DNA of 64,000 bases from Dicyema japonicum (GCA_011109175.1 RDEW01000039.1:1-64000); one strand, 5' to 3'. Positions 1 through 12,168 are shown, numbered from the stretch's first letter. Notes: a model not told the origin generated them from the letters alone. Numbers and translations: made by a program.

Positions 1-171
1 ACATTAACACTGAATAAGGGTAAATATATTTTTTGGATAAAAGAACATTTTAAAAATCATGAAATTAAAACATTTTATAAAAATCATTTTTTATTTTTAA
101 AAAATTCAACATGGTAAGTGATTCAGGTGCAAGGAATATACATGATATCTGCTGCTCAAGTATAAAACGTT

Positions 172-325
172 TTATATACGATTTACATTATTTCTTTTAT
201 AGGCTTCGAATTCGGTGTTCTTATGTCTCTGTCTCCACGTGAATTCTTTTAAATAACTGTTCAGATGATGTCGTGCCGCTTTCATCTCCCTCTTGTTCTG
301 AAATAACTCAAATTGTAAATTATTA
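172..325 (-). mobile_element. Probable Merlin/ISXO2(IS1595)-like transposase C-terminal fragment
   Basis: Minus strand reads ...KAARHHLNSYLKEFTWRQRHKNTEFEAY, resembling the HL..YL.EF.WR C-terminal motif of ISXO2/Merlin transposases; no TIR or catalytic core seen. Confidence 0.4.
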
Positions 326-429
326 AAAAAAATGATGCTATTTCGTGGCAGCAGTTAACTGATATATTCTCAAACTAGTTTCGAAAGACGATATCGAGAA
401 AAATAATAAATAATCTTTACTGAAGAAAG

Positions 430-1170
430 ACACTTGGGCTGTCCCCTCTTAGGATTGAGGTCCTAGTATAGAATCCGGATTATTGAGAACAGTTAATTTG
501 TCGAGTATAGATAAGATGTAATCTCTGCGATTGTCGGCTGATTGTGACCAAAGCCAGAGCGGATGTTTGGCATTTAAGTCTCCGCATAGTAACAGATCCT
601 TTTGTCCACATAATCTCGATAGGTTGGGGATATAGGAAGTAGTGCACGACCCCTAATGCGGGATATTACTCAGTGTAAAATATGTCGTCGTAGAAAAGGA
701 CATTTCAATAGAAATCTGTTCTAGAATTAAATTCCATTCGCAGAGAGAAAATAAAAATGGGGTGACATTCGTAAATTTAAGTCTATCCCTAACGATTGTC
801 AATAATCCTCGTCCGAGACTTCTTGTCTGTTCCGTGCAAAGTACACAATATCTAGGAAAACAAAGGGTTGGGGATCATCTGGAGAGCTTCGATTCTTGAA
901 TGAGGGCAATCTCCACTTTCAAATGGGATAAGAGGGAGCGTAGTTCCAACACTTTGTTGCGGATTCCATTTAAATTTAAATGTAGAATAATCAGTGTAGA
1001 GTCGGACCCGGATTAGGTTCTACATCACCAGTCAGAAGTAGCAACGAGAAAACGGGGGAATTGGTAGGCCACCCTTCTGACGGCCGAGAAGGTAGGGAAT
1101 GTCGATCGGTTCTTTTCCATGCAGAACTTGCGCTGAGACACAACAACAGGTGAAACGCATGACGTCACGT
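430..1170 (-). mobile_element. Decayed 5' part of an Ingi/Vingi-like LINE: 2A-like peptide plus APE endonuclease
   Basis: SLLLLTGDVEPNPGP (DVEPNPGP at 1003-1026) followed by LIILHLNLNGIRNKVLELRSLL..IALIQESKL and LLLCGDLNAKHPLW; stops and frameshifts; paralogous to 56630-59657. Confidence 0.85.
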
Positions 1171-1374
1171 TTTTATTTTCTGTATAATATGAAGAAAATA
1201 AAATCAATTTTTAATAAGAGGAGGTGACTCACAACGGAAATTATAATTAAAATAATAATGTGTAGAGGACTAGTAGTGTTTCCACTGCTAGAACCTCCAA
1301 TTAGGGGAATAATAATTATCCTAAGGATGGAGGCCAAGGATCTTAGCTTTTTCTTGCTTATTGGAGCGCTGAGT

Positions 1375-1570
1375 CCCTAAAAACAATCAAGTTCGCAGTG
1401 ATGACGGCATCACTCGTCAAACCAGGAAGCATTGTAAATGTGTTGAACCTTTACCAAGAATGGACACTATTGGGATTCGAACCAGGATGCATCTTAATTC
1501 TGTCTAGGACTTATAAAACTGCGTTATTCCGACTTTAGTTAATTTAAAGCACTTCACTTAACCACTGAGC
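1375..1570 (-). mobile_element. tRNA-derived SINE, copy 1
   Basis: A-box-like GCTCAGTGGTTAAG and B-box GGTTCGAATCCC, followed by a body (GGTTCAACACATTTACAATGCT...TTGACGAGTGATGCCGTCATCACTGCG) shared with 36757-36872 and 49205-49410. Confidence 0.65.
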
Positions 1571-1799
1571 ATTTAAAAAATAAGGTTTTCACTTTTGTCG
1601 TACTCCTTACTATCTATTAGTTTCTCCCATCTGACAGTAGAGTTGGAAGAATACAATAAGACAAGGAAATAACTAGAAGGGTTATCATCTCGTTATTTCT
1701 ATAAAGTTGAGTATTTTCTAAAAAGGGCATATTTGTCTAATAAAAAATTATCTCGTTCTTATCAGATTTCCCTTCAATCTTTGAAAATAGAGTAGCGGT

Positions 1800-3060
1800 T
1801 ATATAGAGGCTGCCCTGACTGCGTGGCTATTCCCTCTCAGGATAGCGAGCGAGAGTCTGCTCAAATAACCAGCAACGCTCACAAGGGGTCTCCTTTTCGT
1901 GTAGCGATCCGATTCCCTAGACGACTCAAGAATTCCAGCGTCACAGGCGCAAGGAAACCAGACGTCTTAACTGCGAGTGGAACAAACAAAAAATCTTTGG
2001 GTAGGACCGCGTACTTTTCCCGTTTCATCTTCTCGCCCTTCTCAGCGGCAGAACAGGCTCCAGAAGCACACTGGAGTAGGTTGCAAAAGGGAAATGTGTC
2101 GGTGCAGGTAACGTCACAGACAAGAGGTTCAAAAGGGAAGATTGTCATCTTATCTGATCGTTTCCAGTCCCGCCTGCAAAGGCCGACAGGTTCGAGCATG
2201 GAGGGGTGTCCGGCGGCGTCCAAAGCTCGCCTAACGTCTTCATTCAAGGCCATGTGTCTGGAAAATCTGCCTGCACTTTTTCTGCAGGAGTAGGGTGTAG
2301 GCCAAAACAGTCGATCTTGTCTCCGCATCGGCATGGATGTGGAACATTGACTTTTAATCCCAGTCGTAGACACAAGCGGTTCAGAGTTTTTCCGAGTAAC
2401 AGTCGTTTTCACGTATAGCTCTTCCCATTGCATTTATGGTGATCGGGGATCCGAGGAATATAAGTTCTTTATCGGGTGTGGAAATACTTCCAAGCAGAAA
2501 ATTTCCGAAACATGAGAAAGCTTTTGAATACTTTTCTTCTGAAAGTCCGCAATTGTAGATTTCGCATTTAGTGCAATTTAATTCTAGTCCAGCCTCCGAC
2601 AGTGCTGTAATTATCACTTCTAAATCCCGGAAAACAGTATCCGGGGGTCCTCCGAGGATCGCATCATCCAAATACCATAGGTTGAGGGGCGATCGCGGAA
2701 GTTTGGTGATTTTCTCTATTGCAAGACAAAACAATAGAAGTCCAAGGGATCTCCCTGTTGGACTCCAAAATACGAATGGATTAGGTAGTCCCCGAAAAGT
2801 AAGGATGAAGGTAGGCTGTATGACTGACTCACAAATTCGAAAATTTTAGGGCATCTCTCAACACACGCCTCCACGATATTGTCCCTCTTTAGACTATTGA
2901 AGGCGTTTTTGATGTCCAGTTTGACCAGGACATGTCCCTTGGAATCTTCTATACTGCGGTTTATGAATGTCCTCACAGAATGACATCGGCCTCGCATCCA
3001 AGCGAATACCGACGCCTACTTGAGGGGGATTCAAGAATTTTGTGACGAGTGGAGTAACAC
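1800..3060 (-). mobile_element. CRE-like (RT + restriction-like endonuclease) non-LTR retrotransposon, 5'-truncated, internally deleted, frameshifted
   Basis: ORFs 2716-2997 (LVKLDIKNAFNS, GVQQGDPL), 2381-2734 (WYLDD) and 1879-2433 (SC..SAGRFSRH..LN, EPVGL, DVTCTDT, FVPLAV.TSG), then ..ILRGNSHAV. Confidence 0.85.
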
Positions 3061-3311
3061 ATTACGTGATCTTTGAAACATAACACACATTACGTAAGGG
3101 GGTGCTGGATAAAATCTGATTCAAATATATCCGGAATTATCAAAAAGGAGGGCTTAATATGGAAACCGTAGTTTCGAGATGTGACATTATTAATGGCATA
3201 AGGACAGAACTTCGATACCTGCGGTTTTGTATGCGCATTGAATATTTAAAAGCTCGACGTGACTAGGAAAAATTTAGTGGTTGTTAATAATTTGTGGTTA
3301 AAAAATAGGAA

Positions 3312-3732
3312 TTAATTTTGACAAAAAATCAAACAGATCCAGGCAATAGTTAAGGTCACGCCTCCAAAAGGTGCCATAAAACCCAACTTGTATATTCCGG
3401 TTAGTCCATAAGCATAGCAAGCACCCGAAAACATCAAAATTCCAGCTGTGAACAAATATGAGGCCTACATGTAATTTAATTTGGTCTCACTAATCGACAT
3501 TTAAGACATAATGATGCGACAACGAGGATTATGCTGTGAGTCAAATGAATCGTATTTCCAGCAGAAAATGCTAACCGTCGTCGTTCATCAGCACATTTTT
3601 TTTGAAAAACTATGATTGTAAATAATATTTACTATGGTGGTTATAAGCAGCCATCATAACTGCAAAAGCTCCAAATACAGGTCCTACACAGAGCCAAACT
3701 GAAGAAAACATATCAAATAGTGGGAGGATCAT
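3312..3732 (-). CDS. TMEM256: TMEM256 / DUF423 family small membrane protein, 3 exons, intact (123 aa)
   Basis: Removing GT-AG introns 3610-3632 (23 nt) and 3465-3490 (26 nt) gives an open frame MILPLFD...GAFAVMMAAYNHH...GNTIHLTHS...GILMFSGACYAYGLTG...MAPFGGVTLTIAWICLIF*, matching family motifs (A.YG.H, H.LHS, LFSG..Y, PxGG...GW). Confidence 0.88.
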
Positions 3733-4699
3733 ATTACTCGTATTATTCAATCCTTTATTTAATCCTTTATTTAAAAAGAGGATTTGAATAATAAAAATAA
3801 TTAACTTATTTTTAAACTAAAATTAAATTTAATTGGAATAAGATAAATTTAATTGGATAATCTTTAATAAAATGATTTTCCGCTAAGCAATGAACTTCCT
3901 TATTATTATAGTAAGGAAGTAATAATAATAATAATGAACTTCCTAAAAGTTGCCTCTCAAAAGCCTTTTGAAATTCATAATCTGTAAAAACCGAGTAGCA
4001 TCCCGTACAATTACGAGCATTCGGTTATATGGTGTGGCTTAGGGGAGAATCGTATCGAGATCATATGAGTAGTTTGCTTGATGTTACCCTTATCTCTGGA
4101 ATTTTTCATTTCATTCAAAATAGATTTCCTTTGGGAGAAGACCTTAGTTTTATTCCAGGTAGTTAGCTCAGGTTTCTTAATTTCTATCTCAGTGAATAAA
4201 TTAAATTACTGACTTGATTTATGAGCACGTGGGAAATATCTGATCGTCTTCCAGGATGACAAAAAACAGCACTTGTTGTGGCTGTTTTTCGGGCAAACTG
4301 ATTAAAAAATGTGGTGTCCTTAACGTGGTCATGTTTTTTAGGTTTTATTGCAGATTTACCCTCTCGTCTTGGTCTTTGGAGTGAAAACAAAAAAGCATCA
4401 CAAAACGGAGAAATCGGGTTCATTCCTTGACTATGGTCAACTTAGACAAGATGATGTGTTGAGACATGGAGATATTGTGTTTGTGGGCATTTCATACAGA
4501 ACAGTTGGTCAATCCAATAATTTCCAGAACGCAGATGGTTGTTTGAGCTTATCTTCCTCATAGTCCTTAGAGAAATATCCATGCAGTCAGGCTCTGCTAT
4601 ATTTAATTTAATTTTATTAACCCCAAAATCACGAGAAAGAAGATAAGAGTTATCGTCTAATTATGTGATTCCGGTGTTCATATCAGTCCTTTTCCTGCG

Positions 4700-5240
4700 G
4701 TTAGTTTTGGAGTCCTGGATTAATCTCCACAATGGGGAAGGTTTTTTCTCGTATCTCGGGTAGGCGTCAAGAGATAGCTTGATGTCTGGCCTGAGGGGAT
4801 GGCCAGGGGAGTTGCCGTCTTGAGGAAGGCCCAATGGCATTCCGTAAGGTAGTTCATGATTGGAGGACGTTTAGTGTTTTCCGTAGTAACAACGTGGGCG
4901 TCTTTTTCGATGATCTCAATAATATTCTGAGACATTGGTTTTGTATCACTTCCAACATGTTCTGTGCTGATAGCGATAGCGTGACAATCCATGCAACACA
5001 GGTGTACTCGATATGCGGTAGAACAAATTGTTTGTATATAGAGGCTCTAACAATGGGCGGGTAGATACTGGGGAGTGCACAAAAGCCTTGAGAATTCCAA
5101 TTCTCTTTGGATCCTCGCGGTTACCAGGTCCACTTGACGAGTGAATGAAAGGAGAGGATCTAGGATGACTCCAAAGATTGAAAGGGTCTTCTTAATAGGG
5201 ATCATTTTTCCGTTTTTAAGGCCTCAAACGTTGAATGATC
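4700..5240 (-). mobile_element. I/Jockey/Ingi-type LINE RT C-terminal relic
   Basis: Broken frames give LGVILDP.LSFTRQVD, IEYTCVAW and EVIQNQCLRI, typical of the RT thumb/C-terminal region. Confidence 0.6.
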
Positions 5241-5875
5241 TTAATGTGAACATATTATTCGAAACGTGTGAAAAAATATATACTTTTTAAAAACCAAGTC
5301 ACATATGGATACGCCTAGTGAAGAAAATTTTGTAACGGGACCTTAGTTTACATGACTTTCTTTGGTTCTGTGAACATGCTTTTTAATAATAATTTTTTAA
5401 AGTTAAACCTACATTTATGATAAGAATTCAATGGCATTTACTTAAGATTTAAATTCCATTTTTTCTAGATATTCTAAGTTCTAGTACCAATGGCAATCAC
5501 TTGACGCATTTTTCCTAAAGTCAGCGCTAATAATCGGATCGATCTCGAACGAGGTTAAAATATGTTAATTCCTTAATGTTAATATGCTGTAGATATAGGT
5601 TTTTGCCTCGCTTACGTAATCACGTTAAAAATCTGCAATATTCCACAAGTTATAAGAGTAATGCTTTCCTTTGAAATGCCTGAAGCTGATTTGGAAAAAA
5701 GAATGGGAGAATTGACCGATGTTGAAAGATAGTTAGTAACACATTACGACCCGTTAAATGAATTTTACAAGTTTAATGTGCCAAAAGGGTTAAATAATCA
5801 TTCTTAATTTTGTAAAAAAACTTAAAAATCCTGCTTATGTAACTCCAGAATGACCATTAACTGAAAATTAACGTA

Positions 5876-6099
5876 CAGCGATACAAATAAAAAACGGAAC
5901 ACTCATTTTCTCGATTTTTTTCTATTGAATGATTAATTTTTTTAACAAAAATAGAATTTTAAAAATACAAACTTAACTTTAGCCTTTTAAAAAATTAAAA
6001 CGCCTTATATAATTTAAAATTCAATTTTTTATTAAAAAAATTAATCTTATTTAAAAAAAATTGAGAAATTGGGTGTTCCGTTTTTTGTTTGTATCGCTG
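5876..6099. mobile_element. MITE with about 46-bp terminal inverted repeats and TA target duplication (Tc1/mariner/pogo type)
   Basis: Left end TA|CAGCGATACAAATAAAAAACGGAACACTCATTTTCTC; right end GAGAAATTGGGTGTTCCGTTTTTTGTTTGTATCGCTG|TA; AT-rich non-coding interior. Confidence 0.85.
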
Positions 6100-7389
6100 T
6101 ATATCGATAATGTCATTTCTTCCATAGATTTCGATTCTACTACATAAATGTAATATTTTCCAAAAATGAATCTGAGAGCAGTGGATTTATTCATTTCACT
6201 TAAAACCATTTCAACTAATATTTGGCAAAAATTCCGGTGAGATTCAAATGATGACTGATTGGCCTTCTGCCGAACTTACGTTTGATGACATCGGATTTTA
6301 AGGCGTGGGTTCGAATCCGAAAGATGGAGTTTCCAGCGAAGGTCAATTCTTGTCAAACAGATCCCACCCATGAGGACGCTAAGTCTTTCTGGCACGACAC
6401 AATAGTTAAAAGGGATCTTTCTACCTTTCTCCCTTATGAAAACTATTCCTCTATAGAATGAAGTGATGTCCGCGACGGTAGGGCGTGTGACAAAAATGGA
6501 AGAGGGAGGACTTACTTCTCCATCTTTCTTTTGAAGCGGAAGCCTGTAATGAAGTACTGGAAGATGGATTTGGTCAGCACAAGCAGATGTTCTACTTTTG
6601 GTTCCTTCCTTGGATTAGTTAGTTATGTCTATTTTGTGCTGGGCTTACAATAATAAGCCTGGGGTTAATAATAATGACTGATTACCACAGATTTATTCCA
6701 TCACAATTGAAAATGATAAGAGAAAGGCACTTGTGGAGTTGAGTTTAGATCACTTGAACGCTATACATGATGGAAGATCCATAGTATGGAGAAGATCAAT
6801 CTAATATTTTCAGATTGGCCTTTATAAATAATACTTCATTTTTGGTTAATCATTATTGGTAACAATTACCTATGTAATTAGCTAATTTTTTATTATTTTT
6901 TGGAATTACACAAGCGCTGGATAGGAGTCCTTTCCAAAAAACCTTAATTTTAATGCCTTTTCTGGCTGGCTTCAATCTTCGTGGAATTTGTCTTAAAGAT
7001 GAATGGACGAGACGTGGTCAGTTTTACTATCTTTGATTAGTTGGCTGATTAGCAAACTGGTAAATGTAGATTTTTTTCATATTTATTTTATTTAATTCCA
7101 GATTCCGGCCGGTATCGTTACATGTTTATCCGAGACCAGAGAGTACATCTATCAAGATGTCTAGCACGTATAAGTTATAAGAATTCCCGAAGGAATGCTC
7201 CAGTGAAATTTATTTACCCAAGTCCCTTCAAGTAAAGTAAAGCGGGGCTAACAGAAAACTAACAACCAAAGCGAGATTCCGAGATTCCATACCAATTGTG
7301 CAATTTTGTTCATATAGTCTTATTGGTTGAGGTGGTGATGTCCCTCACTTGCAGTCATGTTGTATACGTGTTTGAATGATCTTCCTGGT

Positions 7390-7935
7390 TTTCTACTTTC
7401 AACGATAGGGGATTCAATGATTGGTCGAAGAGGCACCAACTATGTCTGGACTTTGAGAAGTATCGATATTCAGTCTGCTGTCTCCTAGAGACTGAGGTCA
7501 GAGAAGGAATTGATGAACGCTTTGAAAGCTACAGATTAATTCTACACACATCGGATTGCAAACACTATGGATATATTTTTGCTGTGCCAAGGATTCATCA
7601 AATTACATCGCTTTTGGAAATCAAAGATCAAACTAGTGTCATTCAATTAATTATTCACTCAGAGGGAAATCTAGACAGATAACTCCACCGTGAACATGTA
7701 TGCCCCACATAGTGGCCACGTTTCCAAAGACCCGGAGGAATTGGACGCTTTCTACGAAAAACTTGCCAATATTGTATCTCGCTTGAAATCTTCCTCATTC
7801 CTCTTAATTGCAGGCGTTTAGAATGCTAAAGTTCGGGGTACGAAAGGATAAGAACGTTTTATTGGACCACATGGAAGGAGGATCAGGAACTATCCTGGGA
7901 CTGCTCTAGCATACTTCTGCGATGCTTGACTTGTT
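7390..7935 (+). mobile_element. RTE-clade LINE APE endonuclease relic
   Basis: Broken frames: CLLETEV, SDCKHYG, VNMYAPHSGHVSKDPEELDAFYEKL, LIAG..NAKV, IGPHG; paralog of 17734-18579. Confidence 0.8.
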
Positions 7936-7989
7936 CCACATCTTCATCTATGCAGAGTATATGGAATCGAAAAAGCTAGAAAGTTGAAG

Positions 7990-8612
7990 GACATTCAGTT
8001 CATTCAATTCTGCTCATATGGCATCTCCGGGCTCTGTTTCCTATACTCCAAAGTCAGGCTCTCTTGAGTCCGCTTTAATACAGTTGACTGTAGATAGGCC
8101 TGGAGCTTCCAGTCTACTCCGAACTGTTTTAGATAACCCTTGTGGTACTTTGTTGCAATTCCTTCCCACGTCATTACTATGGGAATAACGAGGACCTTGC
8201 AACCAAACATCTGCCACATCTCGTTTGCAAGCAAAGTCATACTTCCCTTTTTTCTCCACCATCATAGTCTGCAAACGGATTTGAGACGTAATGCCAACTT
8301 CAATGATTTGGCCTGACTAATTATCGTGTACCACAATGTCCGGTTTATTGTGCTTAACTAGGACCGAGGCTTGGATAGCACTCTCTAGTCCGCAACTTTC
8401 TGGTGTGTAGCATAGTAGAAGATGAAGACCTTACTACCTCGTTATGGATACGCACCGAGTGGCCAAATGATCAACTGACATGTTCCTTGACTTACAATGG
8501 GGACATGTATTCGACCCCAAAAAAATATTGCGGTCTTGCATGTACGTGTACAGCGCCTCCGATCGAGGTGAGTTGTCACCGTATTTTAGCCATATTGTCG
8601 ACGACTTAAGGT
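7990..8612 (-). mobile_element. R4/Dong-like retrotransposon RLE-domain fragment
   Basis: Closely similar at nucleotide level to 45850-46520 (LANEMWQMFGCKVLVIPIVMTWEGI; LQAYLQSTVLKRT.ES). Confidence 0.85.
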
Positions 8613-9077
8613 CGACAACAATTAAAAATAAATCAACATAATTAATTTTAATTTAAAAAAGTGTATATAACCATCTGAAACAACAAGACTTACGTGAAAC
8701 AGATTTCTACAGAAAAATTGAAATTGTTGTGTTCTTAGGGTTTCCCATTAAAAATTGTAACGGTGGAGAATATATGCATCTCTAATATGTGTCGAAATAG
8801 AGTTTGTAAAGCGTACAACTGACTAACGTTAAATTAAAATAATTCCAAAGACAAAGAGTAACCAAACTAGCTAACTCTTTGATCCTTGACTCGTTCCAGC
8901 GTTTCAGAACTTGTCTCCATGTGACGACATTGTCCCTGGGGAAGAATAATTGGATTCTCTTGATGCCGGCCACCCATTGGGCGTCTCCTCAGTAAGGTGG
9001 ATCCACTGACGTCATCGGAAGGAAGGAAAATATTTTATGACTAACTAGCCACATAGCACCACATAGCGCCACGCGTT

Positions 9078-10140
9078 ATCTTATTTATTTATTTATTTAA
9101 TAACCCCGAAAAGGGAACACCAAGAAAGAAGGAGTAATCCAACTAATTAAGTGATCCCGGTACGCCTCAACAGGATCGAGAGGTTTTTCCTGTGTTCCTC
9201 CAGAATAAACGACGATCATCTTTCATTAGGGTTTGAAGAGGAGTGGGGTTTTTCCCCAAATTTCGTGTATTTGAAGCCTTTAGCCTTGAATGGAAGAAAC
9301 GACTTGTTTCTTGGCCACACAGACAGATGAAGCCGGAGCCATTATTTTTGATTGCGGCGTGGTCAAGCATTGGAGGGAAAAGATCGGGGAAGATTCGTTT
9401 GACGTGCTAGTTTTCCAATTAGGGTATTGATCTTGAGTGAATTTGATATCGAAGCTCCATAGGCCCATGAGGCACAGGCGTACTCAATCGTCGGTTTTAG
9501 GAGTTGATTGAACACGACGAGGGCGCATTCCTGTGAAGGTTTGGACTTCAAGAGCGGTTTGATTATATTAAGTTTCCTGAGACCCTTTGTCATAACGTTC
9601 TTCACATGTTGAGAAAATGACATCAAAGGGTCAAATGTCACTCCCAGGATAGTTGGACGAGTCTGTAGTGGTAAGGAGTCTTCAAAAATGTTCAAATCAA
9701 GTGTATGTTTTTCTTTTCTGTCCGTGGTGAAGATTGTATATGTTGATTTGTCCCTGGATATGGAGAGACGATTCAACTTCAACCAGGCTCCCAGGTCGTC
9801 AATATGTGACTGAAGCTCTGATTTTGCTGTACCCACGTATTTGTTCCTGCTAGCGATGATTAGGTCGTCAGCATAAGTGAGAAGCATTGAATCTGGTCCT
9901 CCAGGGAAGGGTAAATCGTTGAGGAACAAGTTGAATAATGCCGAGAGAGGGGCGATCCTTGAGGGACGCCATTTGGTAGGAGACGGGACCTCGATCTTGC
10001 GTGGCCTATACAGACACGTCCTCTTCTTCCGGAGAGAAAATTGGCTATCCATCTTTTCAAATCCGTCTGAATGGTGGTGTCAAAAACCTTCTTCGTGAGT
10101 AATATTCTCGAGACAGAATCGAACGCCTTCTGGAATCGAA
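9078..10140 (-). mobile_element. Ingi/Vingi-like LINE subfamily A, 5'-truncated 3' fragment
   Basis: GVPQGSPLS, LLTYADDL, PTILGVTFDPLMSF, IEYACASW; 3' end GGGATCACTTAA...CCCTTTTCGGGG followed by a (TAAA)n tail. Confidence 0.9.
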
Positions 10141-10287
10141 CGTTATCTTAATGTCATGTTGAATTATTGATGCATTTAAGAATAAAAAATGAAATAACAA
10201 AAATTAATAAATTGAATAATGTAAATTTAATTACTAACATTTAAATTTAAAAATAAATTCACAATACGTTTCATTTCTGGTCGATGT

Positions 10288-10711
10288 ATGCAAGATTATT
10301 ACAAGGTTATTGGGTGTAATCACAAAGCCTCAATTTCAGAAATAAAAAACGCCATTAAAGTTAAAGTAATAAAATAATTCATTAGTTAAAATTACTGTCA
10401 TTTCATCCCGATCATATCGGAAATAACAGCAAAATAAAGGAATGCCAGGAAGTTATCTTTATCAAGGAAGTAATTCTTGATGAAAATAAACGGAGGGAGT
10501 ACGACGAAAAGTTGAAGATGTTCAGAATATCTCAACAGCCCTTTATTTTCGAGTCCGTAACTATTGAGGTCTGACCCGTTGGGAGGATGAGTTTACGTAT
10601 TTATGCAGATGTGGAGAGTACTATCACGCAGATAAAGAAGATATTGAAAATCAAGTCGAGCTGATTCCATGCAGTGGATGTTCTTATTTTTTATTCATTG
10701 ACTATTTTTAA
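10288..10711 (+). CDS. DNAJC24: DNAJC24/DPH4 (J-domain + CSL zinc finger), one apparent 1-nt deletion near 10569
   Basis: MQDYYKVIGC..ASISEIKNAIK / 26-nt intron 10360-10385 / LKLLSFHPD..ENKRREYD; after a frameshift, WEDEFTYLCRCGEYY..VELIPCSGCSYFLFIDYF*. The HPD motif plus CRCG...CxxC architecture is diagnostic. Confidence 0.85.
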
Positions 10712-11109
10712 ATATTTTCTATTTACTCGTTCCAGAACGTTTAAACCAATATTTTCAGTCAGTATAAGACATGTGGAATAATATGCCGTTTTGATAGCTA
10801 AAAAATGTAGACTAGTTGTTTACACTGCTTTTAATTTTAAGATGATAATAATAAAGGAACTTTATTTAGCCAAAAAGTAACAGTTAACAACTGCCGGCTA
10901 CTCTCATAATTGAGAACGCATTTCCTCTGATGAATTTTAAGGAAATGCGCTCAATGAGCCAGATCCTTTCTTTACAATTATTCCTCCTCTTCGCTGATAA
11001 TTGCAATATCATCTTTTGTAAATTAAAGGAAAATATGATATTAGTCATAATTTCACATACAAATCTGATTTTTATTAAATAATTTTACTAAGATAAATGT
11101 TCGATATTT

Positions 11110-12168
11110 ACAGCCATGTTCCTCGATATGTTATGGTGACGAAATGGGACTTAATGTATGAGGAATCTTCATATTTATACGACGATGATGGAACTCGATA
11201 AATGATTATAATTTTGATAGAGATCTTGGATTCCGTGATTGATTATTTACCAGAACCCTCACAAGTGGAGAACGTGCCATACAAGTACCCCGATGTGAAG
11301 GAATCTGATGGAATTGATACTTCTGAGACATTTATCATGGATTCTTCCAGAAAAGACGAGAACCCTTTGCATTCGCCTTTAAACTTAAAGTCAGTGCATT
11401 ACATCACATTTAGGCGGGAAAAAATATGGACAACTAACATATGTACGGATATACCAAGGATGTATAAAACGGGAAGACAACATATATAATACCAGAGATG
11501 GCAAAAAATCAGAATTGGGAGGATTGGCGAATGCATGCTAATCAGATGAATATCTAAACTTTGTTCACTTGTAGGACATTGAAATCGCCTTTACTGGAAA
11601 TACTGTGACATTTTTTGGAATCCAGTGCTTCAGTGGGGACACATTTACTGCGATAAATCCCAAAATTGAAACAATCGCCATGGTAACTGATGAGAATTGA
11701 ATGTAATGATAGGAGAGTATATTTGTCCCAAACTCAGTTATCTCAATGTAAATTCGACCCAACGACAACAATAAAAAAAAGCCATAAACCGATTCTCCAA
11801 GGAAGATCCGTCTTTTCAGTATAGATACGATGCGGAGAATAGAGAAGTTATAGTATCAGGAATGGGGAGCTTCATATCGATATATACGCACAGAGAATAG
11901 AACGAGAGTACAACACCAAAGTTACTCTGGGAAAACCGATGGTTTCATTCTTTGAAACTCTAAAGGATCCAACCGAGTATTATTAGAACATAGCCATGGA
12001 GTGGATTATCTGCATAAAATGCAAACTGGAGGTTCTAGGCAGTATGGGAGAGTTATTGGAACTTTTTTGGTCGTAATCTTTTTAACCTAATAGCCACTAG
12101 GTCAAAATAAATACACTAACTTTGAGTTCAAAGATAGAACTGTCGGAACTAACGTAACAAAACAAAGG
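11110..12168 (+). pseudogene. GFM1: Mitochondrial elongation factor G1 pseudogene fragment (end of G domain to domain IV)
   Basis: [85 protein letters not shown](E)[53 protein letters not shown]; introns 11390-11413, 11683-11712, 12070-12093; many frameshifts; TAA at 11749-11751. Confidence 0.92.

Noticed and set aside
112-330. Small plus-strand spliced gene (ATG plus two GT-AG gaps)
   Set aside because: No recognisable product in any splice phase; the minus strand gives a better transposase-like motif
6268-6350. tRNA gene or hammerhead ribozyme (GGCGTGGGTTCGAATCC; TGATGA...GAAA)
   Set aside because: T-arm-like word only, with no D arm or acceptor stem; hammerhead core elements are out of register with the stem
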